Assembly (NCBI GenBank): GCA_951406725.2
Contig: OX597822.1
Location: forward strand, 7,998,001 to 8,062,000
Direction: 5' to 3'
Origin: Octopus vulgaris
Lineage: Eukaryota
DNA length: 64,000 bases
Positions 40,480-54,666 of this stretch are shown one piece after another (position 1 is the first letter of the stretch; each line of letters begins with the position of its first letter). Made by a program: the position numbers and the translations under genes. Under the pieces are notes generated by a model that was not told the DNA's origin, searched no databases, and saw only the letters and a list, made by a program, of their open reading frames with translations.

Positions 40480-41602
40480 TTACTTGCATGTACCGAAGAA
40501 TAAGCACATATTAAGGTTTTTTTTTATTTTTTACATTAGCCGGAAACTAAACGCATTCTCATAAGCTGTTGAACAACAAAAGGCATTCCGTCTCTAAAGA
40601 GGAAGACAGTGTTTGTTCCAAATTGCCAAATGTTTCGGAGGTCCTGCACTTGATGCTAAATTATTGAATGTAATCTACTGCTTTAGAGAAAATAAGAGAA
40701 ATTGACAGAAATTGAATTAGTATTTATAAGTTAATTATGTACAGCTTTCTACTCTGACTGTTAACGCAGGAGTAGCTATAATAATGTTTAAAGAGGAAAT
40801 ATATTTTAAAATAACCTGAGCATTTATTCGCATATACCTGAAATATAACTTTCCTAGCTCCAGTCCCAGACTTTGGCAGCCAATTGAATATGAAATTGGT
40901 TAATTTTATTTCATAATCATTTTCCCTTAAAGTCTTCCTTGTGGATATGAACTTAACATCTTCATTATCACATACATGTATATGACTTAAATCGCAAAGA
41001 TATTTTCCTGAGGATGATACCTTCAACGATATATCGATGACTGCCAATTTTAACAATGTTACTCCGAAAAAAAAAAACTACTTTTAAATCCGGCAAAAGA
41101 TGAGCTGTTTATATTCTTAAATTGATAACGTAATTTATCAGTAACACGGTTATGTTCCCTCGCGCAAAATAGCAAATTCCTGTTAAACGCACACACCGCT
41201 TCAAATGTTTGCGGAATCACGCTCATAATGATCTTTGGCTGCGTACTATTTCAATCTAGATGATAGAACTGTTGTTGATAATCAGAATTCCCGATATAGA
41301 TCTGAATTCTCCACCACACATAGATGCATACACGCACACACACGCACACACACACATACGCAGGGACATATGCAAACACAGTCATATATATAGAAGGATC
41401 CAGTCATATATAGAACATGTATGTTTTCCTCTATGGAATATTGGCAGATTAAAACATATTCTAACTGAAGAAATTATTACATCAATAATTCATTTTACCT
41501 ATAAACAATCAAACTTACATATTATTAATAATCAGCTCTTGCTTTTCGTTGCTAATGTTTAGCCGAGAACGAACCTTCACCATGGATAGCTTTGAGGAAA
41601 TA

Positions 41603-41963
41603 TATTCTTTTCTACTCTAGGTACAAGGCCCGGAATATTTTGGGGAGGTCACCAGTCGATTAGATCGACCCCAGTACGCAGCTGGTTTTAAATTTATCAA
41701 CCCCGAAAGAATGAAAGCGCCAGACGAAATACCTATTTCTTTACTACCCACAAAGGGCTAAACACAGAGGGGAGAAACAAAGACAGAGAGACGGATTAAG
41801 TCGATTATATCGAGCCCAGTGCGTAACTGGTCCTTAATTTATCGACCCCGAAATGATGAAAGGCAAAGTCGACCTCGGCGGAATTTGAACTCAGAATGTA
41901 ACGGCAGACAAAATACCGCTAAGTATTTCGCCGGCGTGCTAACGATTCTGCCAGCTCGCCGCC
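41603..41963 (-). mobile_element. SINE family A, long form
   Basis: Homologous to 15275-15662. Confidence 0.9.
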
Positions 41964-42504
41964 TTCTATGCCGAAGTATATTGCAATAGCAATTATTCAC
42001 TGAGAACTGTATTATCCAATGGGAAAAATCACTCAATTTTAAGACGAAAAGTTTTAATTCAACAAGGATTTAGTGGCTAATTTTAACAGATCGAGCAATC
42101 TCTTCGGTGCAACATCGTTACAATTCACTTCTACTCATCTTCTTTGTTAGGTTGAGCTGTGTTAGCTTTCGCTTAATCCTACTCTAACGATGATTGATTG
42201 CTCAGCTCTATACTGGAATATAATTTATTAGCGTCCATTCTATCTTAATTTTAATATGCATAACGAAATTCATTATACGACGGGCGTATTCGTTTTAAAA
42301 CGACAAACATGTAACGTGACCAAGATTTAACAACTGCTTCTAACATAACATATCAAAGGTAACATTTGGTTTTATAGTTTTTTGGTGTTTCAAAGGGTAC
42401 GTGGAAGTAAGAACCAAACAATGAGATGGCCTGTAATACATATATGAAATTATACCACATTATGTGTAGATATTTGTTTTAAGTATATTTTAAAGCATGA
42501 GGGT

Positions 42505-42670
42505 TGCAAAACCGGCTGAATCGTTACCACGCCTGGCAAAACGCTTTGCCTCATTTCATCCGTCTTCACGTTTTTAATTAAAATTCCACCACGATCAACT
42601 TCGCCTTTCATTCTTTGGAGTCGATAAAATAATTATCAGTTGAGCACTGGGGTCGGTGTAATCGACTTAC
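42505..42670 (+). mobile_element. Degenerate SINE family A
   Basis: gaatcgttaccacgcctggcaaa..gcactggggtcggtgtaatcgactta. Confidence 0.7.
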
Positions 42671-42945
42671 ATCATCATCATCATCATCATTGTTCGACCG
42701 TGGTCGAGACTATGGAATTTACCATGCTACGCCAGACTTCACGGTCCATCATGGCATTACGGAGGTCCTGTTGCTGGATGCCTGTATCCCTGGAGATTAC
42801 ATCAGGGTAGGAGTGTGTGCGCCCTCTGGTATTGCGAGTAGATGGCTTCCAGAGGGGAAGAGTAGAAATTACCTCTTATTCAGCTCTACAACAATGTCCA
42901 GCAAACTGGACTCTCTTACCTTTCACAAGGACTTACCCCCACAAC
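42671..42945 (-). mobile_element. RTE-clade LINE 3' end with a (TGA)n tail
   Basis: Minus strand KRVQFAGHCCR..LWKP..YPDVISRDTG..DLRNAMMDREVWRSMV. Confidence 0.8.
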
Positions 42946-43262
42946 CGAAATTGAAATTTGTCCTTAGGAGACCCTGGTAGGGATCATTTGGACACGATTC
43001 CAAGACCGTCTAACAATCTTTCATGCTATAGCATTCTGCTTATATCAATTTCAGTGCTTCAGATTCCATGTTACGTTTCAAGTGTATACGTCCATACATA
43101 CTCTTGTTTCACGTAAACAATAAACATATAAAATATTTCTGAAGTGTTACGTGATGCTGTACCTTCAGTTCATGTCTCTCTCTTTCTCAATTTCAGTTTA
43201 TCTATCACCCTCTCTATTTGTCTTTCTATCCATCTACCCTAATAACATATCTATGTGTATGC

Positions 43263-43300
<38 letters not shown>

Positions 43301-43310
43301 AACTGATCAA

Positions 43311-43410
43311 ACTGGGCCTGGTGCAGCCTTCTGTCTTCCCAGACCCCAGTTGAACCGTCAAACCCATGCTAGCATGGAAAGCGGACGCTAAACGATGATG
43401 ATAATGATGA
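43311..43410 (+). mobile_element. Short RTE-type 3' tail fragment ending in (GAT)n
   Basis: aaccgtcaaacccatgctagcatggaaagcggacgctaaacgatgatg; family assignment is from recall. Confidence 0.55.
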
Positions 43411-43559
43411 TATATATATATATATATATTTCATCAAAATTTAGATTCAGATGAATATGGTACTTAAGTTAAAGGCACCAGAATTTTGTATGGTATTATC
43501 AATATAAATCAAATGGGGTGATTATAATTAAAATAAGCAACAAGGATATCCAAAGGTAG

Positions 43560-43648
43560 TGTAGTGCAATTGTTTCATGCTACTTCACTTTATTAAACAT
43601 TGTAAGTATTACATTAAGTTTTAAAGCATCGAGCAATCTTCAGCCACA
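43560..43648 (-). ncRNA. Hammerhead family L with a 60-nt stem II insert; cleavage triplet mutated to GCA
   Basis: tgtgg-CTGAAGA-ttgct...agcat-GAAAC-aatt-GCA-ctaca. The inverted partner at 44309-44403 keeps GAAAC-aatt-GTA-ctacac. Confidence 0.7.
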
Positions 43649-44429
43649 TATAGATTTTTGCAATTAAACGGACAATGAACATTCTTATACTTATTTCATT
43701 TGACAACATTACAAAGAGGGTAGATATATAGACAGAGAGGTTAATTTCATCATTAAGAACATGGTGGTAGTATGTTATTCTCTGTAGATTTTTTATCACT
43801 ACGTTCACTTTGTTATGTAGATCTATAAGTGGAGAGGGGGGTTCTATTCTTCGTTCAATGGAGAGAAACTAGAATTTTTTCTATTTATAGATAGAGGAAG
43901 GGGTAGTACAAATGTCAAAACCATAATTCCATCCTCATTTTGAGGAATTTAGCTTAGACATATTTGAATGTATTATAGCAAAAGCTAGTAGGCTGAAGTT
44001 AGTGGGGTAGGGAGAAAAGAGACTACTAATGCGCTAGAGGTTTTCACTGTCCCTTACCATTTAACAGACAAATTCTATATTGTGAATTTTAAATAAATAT
44101 CCTTTAGATAATTTTCCAAAGGATTCTAATAAATTTTAGTATTTTATATAGGGATAGAAAATATAGAAAGCATTTCATATTGATATAAATTTATATATAC
44201 CCATTTCTATTAATATAGAATCATAGTTAGTTAGTAAGTAGTGATTTATTTTATTAATGAGTTAAGTTAAAATAATATGCTAGACAATATTTACTAACTG
44301 TGCAAAAAAAGATTGTTCGACATTTTAAAACTGAAGTAATATTTACAGTGTTTAATAAAATGAAGTAGCATGAAACAATTGTACTACACTAACTTGGAAA
44401 TTCTTTTTTTTGATATCTATATATATATC

Positions 44430-44967
<538 letters not shown>

Positions 44968-45234
44968 CATATATATATATATAGCATATGAGGAGTATAG
45001 TTGACTGGTGATCTAAACGAATAGGTATTCTCTGTGGGTGTTATAATTGGGTATCCATTATGTTCCAAGTCCACAGCTGACGCTGGATGTAGGGATTCGT
45101 ATCAGGCATCCGAGTTAGCAGGTGTATAGTAGAGGATACAGGACAACAAAAACCAAGGCAGGACGAGTATCTCAAATCATTTAGAATGTTTAATTAGAGT
45201 AAGGTGAATTTAAAGTTATCAATTAATTATTGGA

Positions 45235-45312
45235 TATCCAACTGCTGTTTCTGGGATACCCTAAGTGATAGGTTAGCACCTCCATACGCTGGGCATTCCG
45301 TCATCAGAGATA
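45235..45312 (-). ncRNA. Hammerhead with an intact core (left arm)
   Basis: tatct-CTGATGA-cggaatgccc...gggtatccca-GAAAC-agca-GTT-ggata. Confidence 0.75.
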
Positions 45313-45795
45313 AGGTGAGTATGTATGAAAGTTCTAGGCAGGGAGTTCACAGTTTATATTAGATGGAAGATTAAACAGTAAAACAGAAGAGAGAGGAATA
45401 CAGACAGGAGAATAAAGTCCCCAACTCATCTTATTCCAGAGGGTTTGGAGTTTGGTCCGTACATGCGTGAAGGTATGAGGTCCTTAAGTATAATCCCAGG
45501 CAAATCCAGGCAATATTTTGGCAGTATTTTGAATGTTGCATTCATGTTGAAGGAATACATTAAGTGCTTAGCTAAGTCCACCAACATGAACGGAACTTTG
45601 AAAATACTGCCTGTATTCACCTGTGATTTTACTTTAGCACCAACCTCCATACCCTTCGGAATAAGATGAGGTGCGAACTTTATTCTCATGTCAGTATACT
45701 TCTATCTACTGCTTTACTATTTATTCTTTTGTGTATTATTTTATTCCTTTATAATCTGTGAATCCCTTGACAAGACCATTCATACATACTCACGT

Positions 45796-45873
45796 TGTCT
45801 CTGATGACAGCATACCCAGTGTATGGAAATGCTAATCGATCACTTGGTATACCCCAGACACAGCTGATAGACA
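45796..45873 (+). ncRNA. Hammerhead with a decayed core (right arm)
   Basis: tgtct-CTGATGA-...-GACAC-agct-GAT-agaca. Stem I is perfect; GAAA and the cleavage triplet are mutated. Confidence 0.6.
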
Positions 45874-46014
45874 TCCAATATTTAATTAATTAATTCAAAT
45901 TCACCTTATTCTAATTAGATATTCTGAAGGATTTCAGATACTCGTTTTGATTTGGTTTTTGTTCTTTTTTCTTCAAATATATATTATATATTTACATACA
46001 TACATGCATATATA

Positions 46015-46045
<31 letters not shown>

Positions 46046-46254
46046 AATTAGTTAAAACTTGTGTATAGACGTTAATTTCATTTTCGTATTCTCACATTTG
46101 TTATATACACGCACGTATATTTGTATATATGTATATAGGTGCGTAGGTGCGTATCTATATATGGATGTATATACATATACACATACACACACACGCACAC
46201 ACACACACATACACGGGCACGCACACACATATATATATACACACACACACACAC

Positions 46255-46309
<55 letters not shown>

Positions 46310-47374
46310 TATATACATATATATATACATGCATAAATATATATACAGATAAAGAGAGAGAGAGATATCTATTTATCTATATCTATCTTATAGACAATAG
46401 AAAGAGAGACAGATAGATCGATGTGTATGCACGTTGGTTGTGTCATGTTAGTAATTCACGCTATACATATGAATGATTCTGTGTATATACATAAAAGTGT
46501 TATGGCGTTGCATAAGACTATACTAATATGTGCGGTGGAAATCGTTTTTATAACACATTATACTCCAGATATTTAACGAGCAGCATGTGGAGTAAAGTTA
46601 AAAAGCAAAATAACATAAATTACATGAAACGTAAACCATTTTGCTGATGACTAAGTCTTCTTTTCTCAGCTCTTCTTTAAACTTATAATAACACATCTAT
46701 TCTGGTCTTCAGGCACTTCTTTCGCAATATATTAGATTAATGGGAATTCTATTGTTAAGTAAATGTTTATTTTATTACTGAAATGTAGAAAAATATGCTG
46801 ACCTGGATCAATTCAATGAGGAGCCACACTTATTAATAATCTAAAATATTGTTATTTATAGTTTAATGTGGCAAAATGTAGTGTCTATAGTAGTCATTTT
46901 GTTGCTAAGGGAATAATATAGCGAGATGACGTGAGCAAAGCTAATTTGACAAGTATAGTAACATAAACCTGATATATGATTATTAGAGATGTATATTGCA
47001 ATTTTCAACAGTCTTTTCCTTTTAGGCGATTTGCCATATCTCTTGTGATGGTGTTCAATTCACTGACAAGTATACATTAATCAACAAGATTTTGTGCAAA
47101 TTTCTTAAACAAAAGAGATGTTTGCGTCGATTGCAGAACATAGTGACCAAGAAAGGAAAGCAATTCCAGCTGTAAACAGATGGAAATTTATCTAAATAGT
47201 ATGAAGAGTGCGACCAGATTATCAATTTCACAGAATGGTTTTTGGAATGTTCCTTGTTTAACGCTTATATTTAGTAATGTTTTATGTGAAGTGTGCAGAT
47301 TCCATGCGGATTTGTGCGTATATAAATACACACACATGCGCATACAAGCACAATTATGAGTGTTTACGCGCATA

Positions 47375-47767
47375 TACTCTTTACTGTTTTACTCGTTTCA
47401 GTCATTTGACTGCGGCCATGCTGGAGCACCGCCTTTTAGTCGAGAAAATCAACCCTAGGACTTATTCTTTGTAAGCCTAGTACTTATTCTGTCGGTGTCT
47501 TTTGCCGAACCGCTATGTTACATGGACGTAAACACATCACCATCGGTTGTCAAGCGATGTTTGGGGACATGTACAGACACACAAACATATACACATATAC
47601 ATATATACCAGTGGCTTCTTTCAGTTTCCGTCTACCAAATCCACTCACAAGTCTTTGCTCGAACCGAGGCTATAGTACAAGACACTTGCCCAAGATGCCA
47701 CGCAGTGGGACTGAACCCGGAATCATGTGGTTGGTAAGTAAGCTACTTACCACACAGCCACACCTGC

Positions 47768-47772
<5 letters not shown>
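47375..47772 (-). mobile_element. SINE family C
   Basis: Homologous to 44541-44967. Confidence 0.9.
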
Positions 47773-47818
<46 letters not shown>

Positions 47819-47902
47819 ATTGGGTGAACAGATGAAAGAAGTGTACTCAACAAGTTTCTTGTGAGATCCATGTATGGAGCAAAACAATCTGATTCAATTC
47901 CT

Positions 47903-48656
47903 TGGTTCTCTTGAGTTTCAAGCGTGATGCTAATCGTCAGCCATTTTGAATTTGAATGATAAAAGTTGATTGTTATTACTGTAAGGTGGAATACGATTGA
48001 TTGAAGAAGCTCACGCGGTGTCGTGACATGATGTTGGTATAGTTAGTAGGAAAATACTGCATGGTGAACAGGAAATTGACCACATGGAGCAAAGAAAGTA
48101 GACCACATGGTGATTAAGAAATCGGTCACGTTCTTGAGGGAAGTAAGAAGGGGCGGTATGTGCAAATTATAGCGCAGGTGTGTAGTCGTGCTCATATGGT
48201 TTTGTGTGTATATATGTATTTATGTGAGCGTGCGCATCTGTAGATGGATGCGCATGCATATGCGCACACACAGAGCCATATACGCTAAACGAACACGTAC
48301 GCGCGCTTTCGCACACACACGTGCATACGAGTATACACACACACATGCGTATTCATTCATATGTACATATGTATATTCTCATATATGTCCGCATGCATAT
48401 CAGCGTGGACGCACGCGTGCGTGTGCACATGTGCATTGGCGTGCATGTACGTGTGTATAAACGCACAAAACAAAACGTTGGGGAATTCCTGTCCTCCACG
48501 TGGTCATTTTCCTGTTCATTATGCTGTATTTTCCAACTAACTATATCAACATCAAAGTACGATACCACGTGACCTTCCTCGACCAATCGTATCCCAGCTT
48601 ACGGTAATAACGATCAACTTCTGTTATTCAGCTTGAAAATGCCTGACGATTAGCAT
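47903..48656. mobile_element. Inverted pLTR-like pair (47927-48089 vs 48494-48656) with decayed hammerhead cores
   Basis: Arms align over about 160 bp. Minus strand 47943-47903 reads tgg-CTGACGA-ttagcatcacgctt-GAAA-ctcaagag-AA-cca. Plus-strand CTGACGA at 48643. Confidence 0.7.
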
Positions 48657-48785
48657 AGTTTCTCCTCGAGTAATACACACAAAGATCCATCACTTTAACA
48701 TTTAACTCGAGAATTACTTTGTACTTCTCCAGAAATGTTTAACTGAAGAAGTACATTGTACTTCTCCAGTTAAAAGGATCGTATA

Positions 48786-49304
48786 CCGTAAATCCTCAAG
48801 TATAATCCGCCCTTGAGTATAATACGAAGGGTATGTTTAGGGGGCTGTACCTCTGAAAAGCCTAAACCTTGTGTATAAGCACCCCTTCTCTAACATGTGT
48901 CGTGCGTAATTCAGCCAACATCACCCAATCGAACAAGCACTTCCGTGCATGCGTAATACAATAATGGTAATGTTCTTAACTGTTATATGGGAATGTAAAT
49001 ATATTTGCAAATTGTTTTTGTTACATGTTATTCTGTGTTCTAAACACCTTTAGTTTCATAAATGTTGCTTACTGCAAGTTATGGGTGATTCTTTTATGGC
49101 TTCATTGCTTTCAGGATTAGCTTAAGGTATTTTCGCGCCCGACATCACAAAATGTGTCTGAATAAACATTGCCGGACAGCAAATAGGGACACTAACATTG
49201 CCTAGAAAATAGTTTCCATTTTTAACCTCGTATATAGTACGCACTAGGGATTTTGACCTTGAAATTTTGGGGAAAAAAAGCGGATTATACTCGAGGATTT
49301 ACGG
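48786..49304. mobile_element. pogo/Tigger-like MITE
   Basis: TIRs ccgtaaatcctcaagtataatccgc and gcggattatactcgaggatttacgg, with TA on both sides. Confidence 0.85.
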
Positions 49305-52300
49305 TATTTTAAGTGAGTTTTACAAGATTATATTTGATAGCAATTTTATTTCTTCAGCCACTATAAGCCTTATCGATGTTTCATGTGTATGTTTCCGCTT
49401 TTTCTTTTTGTTGGATGAAAGATTCATATATGTGTATGTGACTGTAAATTTAGTGTTGTGTAGCAAACAATGGAAATGGTTGTTTATGAATGAAGTATAG
49501 GAACAAAGAAGGAATGCAAAACATCATGGGTTTTATGGTGAGGATATTTAATTTCGCTTGAAGAGGAACGTTTACGGTTCACTCACGCTTAAAGTTAAAG
49601 GTGTAAATAGATACGTCTAATTCGCTACTTATTTTCCTATGCGGACTTAGAACGCGAAGACGGACGAAATGCCACTAAGCATTTTGCCCTGCGTGCTAAC
49701 TATTAAGCCAGCTCGCCGCCGATTTGTCAGATGTAATAATGGAAGTCGTTTATGTAGCGTACGCAGAAAAAAAATTCCATACGGACTACTACACGTTAGA
49801 TATATTAGTAGCAGAGAATGTGTATACGGAACGAAGAATCAGAACTTCTGTTCGTATTTGTGGGGTGCAGAGATTCCCGATGTGAAGATTAGGAATGGCA
49901 CCACAAGTTGCAGTTAATCGTTTTTATCCACATTTCTTAATTTCATCCACTTCACTTATTTCATATACTCAATTATAATGTAGGAAATGAAATGAATGAT
50001 TTTGTTTTATACACCTTTTGTGAACCAAGTAGCAAAGTTTGGACCTAGATTAATTTTAACCAATTCTATATCCATCTTACAACATTCACATTAGCAGTCA
50101 CTAATTTTTATACCTCTCGAATCAGATCGAAACCGTCTACTTTGCTGATATCTATCTTTCACTTCACATTCATCGTTTTGTGAAAAATCTGAAAGGATAT
50201 ATATACTATTCTTTGGTCGTAAATAAGAACAATTAACCAAAGCGTTTATAGCTTTTCACCTCTACAAGTAAACCAACTCATTGAAATCCACGGCCAATGA
50301 TGAAATAATTGTTTTAAGGGCTAGCCGTTTTGGGGAGAAGATTAATTGATTATAAAGACTTCAATGATCAACTGACACTTATTTTATCGACCCCTAAATG
50401 ATGAAAAATTAAACCAGACTCGGCAGAAATTGAAAAGCACAGTTCTTATTGCAAAAGTCTTTGGGATATATTTATAAAATTTACAAAATTGTTGATGCCT
50501 TACAGGCTTCGTTAAAGGAATTTAGCTTTCTTTACATTGTTTCAAACTTGATCTCATATAATGCTTCATAATTACTGTATAATCCAACCTATTTATGGGC
50601 ATTCAAATAATACAGCTCATAATCACTATTCCCTCAAACACACATGTACACACGGATCTATAAATTAATTGATAGATAAAAACAAAAGGAAGATATATAG
50701 ACATTAGGTGAAAGATAGATATACTCTGTATAGAAATCAGGTACTAATGCTCAAATTAATTTAAATTTAAAACAGCGAATTCTTCATCCAGGACAAGGCC
50801 ATAGCAATAACCTCTAAAAATGGTTCTAATTTATGCCAGCATTTGTGCTCGTGAACCACTGTTGATGGTTTATGTTGTCACACTTTGCTACTTACTTACA
50901 TTCCTATTTATCTCCTCCCACCTTATCTATGCCTTCCCACACCCATCTTATAATTAACCTGTACTTCGTGTAAATTCCGTCTCTTTTTCCAACTCTACAT
51001 TCACACATTATTTAATCTCTCACTATATAGTACTCACATTGCTGTCGATCACGTTCCACTATTACCATTTTCCTCCTCTACATCATCCAATCATTCACTT
51101 TAGTGGATTTTCCTCTTCAATTTTGTACCTCAAGAAGTTCAAGAGTACAAAACTTTATATTCTTCCACAACTCACAGTTACTCAATTTATCGAAGACACT
51201 ATGGATTAAACTTTACTGACATAGATTATTAAGTGCTTCCTCTAATTTCAGATTTTATTAACTAATAATTCACCTCCACACTTAACTTCATATTATGTAA
51301 CTCTTTGCTCAGTTGTGTTGCATAACTTACCTAATAATTTGATCACTTGTCATTCAATAATATGCAAGCTCATGTAGAATATGAGGAAGAATTTCCATTG
51401 AAAAGAAAACAATTATTCATGACAGAGTTATGATTTAATGGGACATCAGCTTACTTAATAATACGGAGAAATAAATATCTAAAATGTCAGTAGTTTGGTC
51501 AGATTCAATACAAAATGACAGACATCTATTTAGAATGCGCATCAATGTAGTTTGTACATGTAATATTAGATGCATGTCGTATATGCAGATGAAATATTCA
51601 GAGATTACTTCGGAAACCTACTGTCATGTTGCCATTGGAGTGGTAAAGACATTAAAAATAAACGGGGATGATATTGCTGAGCATGATGTAAATGAGGCAC
51701 TATTTACCATTTCTAAGATACATTAAATGAATAGCAAAATGTATACTGCGAAGATTTTTTCTCTTGAAAATTTGATGACAGTTTTGTCACTATATAAGTC
51801 GTAGACAGAATTTAATTCGTAGCTGAATCAGCAATGCGTGAATTACTATTCAAATATTCATACATATCGTAGATCGGCTAGAATACTTCGTTTTGCTGTA
51901 GCGTCGATTATTATAAAATACTTCGTTTGAACAACCTATAATTCAAACCAAATAAAAAATTTATTTGAAACATAGTCCCGTCTGATTATTCATTGCATCT
52001 ACATTGTTTAAGTTGGTGGTAGTAACATCGATAGCGTTCATTTCTTTTTATTCCAAAAATTTAATATATACTTGCAGCATTTCTTCACGGACTATCTGCA
52101 ATCAATCATGCAGGTACGTTAGAATAGCAATCTCACTAATTATTAAGTGATAGCGCTAATGAAATTATAAGTATTGAAGCTAAACATTTCTAAGGACATA
52201 TTTGCTGGTCCAAATATCTATTTCACGAAATAGTAGATTTATATGTTAATAAGAGGGTTGCGATAGCGTTTATTATCGCAGTATATAAATAAATATAATT

Positions 52301-52730
52301 GACATTGAATATCAACAAATTTTTAAAATCGAAACTAGAGATCGTTTTTCGTATAGCTAATCAATACCTGCATGATACATCATTATTTCTAAATATTTGC
52401 TTCTTGATACTTAGCGAATACTAACTGAGATGTTCACTCATTCATTGAACATGTATTTGATGAAGGGAACACACATATATTATGAAACTATATTACATCA
52501 TTATTTATTGCAAAATCTGTTTCGCGTTGAGTAGGAGAAATTTCAAAATATTTAGAAGTAAACCGATGTATATATATCTTTATATTGAGTATTGTAACTC
52601 ACACACATACACACAAAAATACAAACGCACAGAGAAACAGACATACACATTTATATATACATGTATATATATATATATATATATATGAATAAATGAAAGA
52701 ATGGAGTCGAACGAAGATGTTAACAAAATT

Positions 52731-52824
52731 CCTTTACTTCGACACATGTTTCGAGAGACAGCATGTTCTCATTCCAAAGGAATAAAGGGTGCATTATGCA
52801 ATCTTCTCATCAGGAAAGTAAAGG
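52731..52824 (-). ncRNA. Intact type I hammerhead with a long stem I and extended stem II
   Basis: cctttactttc-CTGATGA-gaagattgcat...atgctgtctctc-GAAAC-atgt-GTC-gaagtaaagg, in an insert of about 180 bp between (TA)n runs. Confidence 0.85.
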
Positions 52825-53004
52825 GAGCCTCTCTCGACAACAAGACAAACAAAATTCATTATACCTATATATATATATATATATATATATGTAGAAGGTA
52901 GAAAGTAACACACGAGTTGATATGTATAAGCAAAATGAGACAAGGTAGAAAATGGTAAAATAATGTTATCATAAAGTACATTTTCTACCATGCCTTACTT
53001 TCCT

Positions 53005-53044
<40 letters not shown>

Positions 53045-54537
53045 TACATCTACAGATGCGCGTGAGTATGCATGTGTATATACGCGTGTGCACGTATAGG
53101 CGTATATATGTATACATATATATTCGCAAATATATATGTATATATACTGAACCAATCGTAAATCTATAGAAAAACCTACCTAAAATTATATGTTCCTTCT
53201 TTATACCTTTCTATGTTTTCACTATGTATTTGACTTTTAATGCTTTTCCTTTTCACCGTTTACCAATTTGTCATTCAATGCCTCCATACCATTCTATGTA
53301 TCACTCTCCGCCTATCTCTCCTTCTCTCGACTCCTCTGCTCTTTGCTCTTTCTCCGACTTCACACAAAGCTTTACAAGAATTTCATCTCTCTCATCTTTG
53401 TGCTGCAAGTTTTGAAATAACCATACAAGTGTCAGTCATGTCTTTACGAAACTGGGCTCTGTTTAATTTAAAGGAACAATTCCTCCGCCCCGAGGTGAAA
53501 GCTATTCTTTATTACTAGTGCTTTGCTCTACTTCCATTAATGTTCTTACCAATTCGAAAGACTTTCTATGAAGATGATTTTACGATTGTTTGCTCTGTAT
53601 TTTTCCCGTTCTTACAAGTCGTCTATAAAACCTGTAATATTTCTTAGTTTCTTTGTCTTTCTTGGCCCCACAGCAACTTAAAATGTTGGCACTGCTGCAT
53701 TTAGCAGCAAGTAAAAGGTTAAAAGTGTGAGGTGCTCGACATCTAATGAGGGATAGAGCTATTAGTGTTAATTATGCAACGTTTGTAATTTTGCCACATA
53801 TTTCTTTGCCGTTCCAACGTGACGTGTGGCACTAACTTCAAAACACGCCGTCGCGCGCACACTCCGGCTCATACATACGTGCGAGCGTGCACACACAGAC
53901 ACACACACATACACGATAGCGCGCGCACAAACACACACGCGCGCGCAAACACGCAGACACGCATACACACACACTCACCATATATACGAAAGCTTTTGTG
54001 TTTGAGACGTTATATAAATGTAAACTCATTCATACTTTCGACGTCCGGAAAAAAATATCAAAGCCTCTGCTAGACAATTTATCAATGTGTTGACCGCTCC
54101 TCAGAAATTAGTTTTCTTCTGCGGTCGATAGTAAATAACACTGTAATAGATAAAGCAGACACACATCTAAGCTGTACATGAAGTGGTTGTATGGCTTGCC
54201 AATATTTTCACAAAATATATTCGGTGTAATATACAATGAGAATCAGAAACACAAAGATGAATTTTACGCTGTACAAAACCAACGTGTGAATGTATTTTTA
54301 GAATACAATCATATTCCTTCTAAGTTTTCTTCAGAGACGAAAACAGAAAGAGAGAAAGAGTGAGTGAGAAAGAAACCCTGACGCGGTGTCAATGTAGATT
54401 TTGGAATAGTAGATAGGCATGCATCCTTGTAGCAGTGAATTGAAATTAATTATTTGTAACTTACTAAATTGTGATGGTTATGATGGTAACGATGTTAATG
54501 GTCACAAATTTGGCTTACCAGCTATATAAATACTCTT

Positions 54538-54592
<55 letters not shown>

Positions 54593-54602
54593 GGTGGTGG
54601 TA

Positions 54603-54646
<44 letters not shown>

Positions 54647-54666
54647 TGTTGTAGTAGTAGTAGTAG
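54538..54666. repeat. (GTA)n/(GTG)n microsatellite
   Basis: Seen directly; explains the poly-Val and poly-Leu ORFs. Confidence 0.95.

Larger units (their letters stand above)
45146..45963. mobile_element. About 820-bp imperfect foldback made of two inverted PLE pLTR-like arms
   Basis: Arms align from acaaaaaccaa..cgagtatct inward to ggcagtatttt..ttcatgttg. Centre near 45565. Each arm carries a hammerhead motif. Confidence 0.85.
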
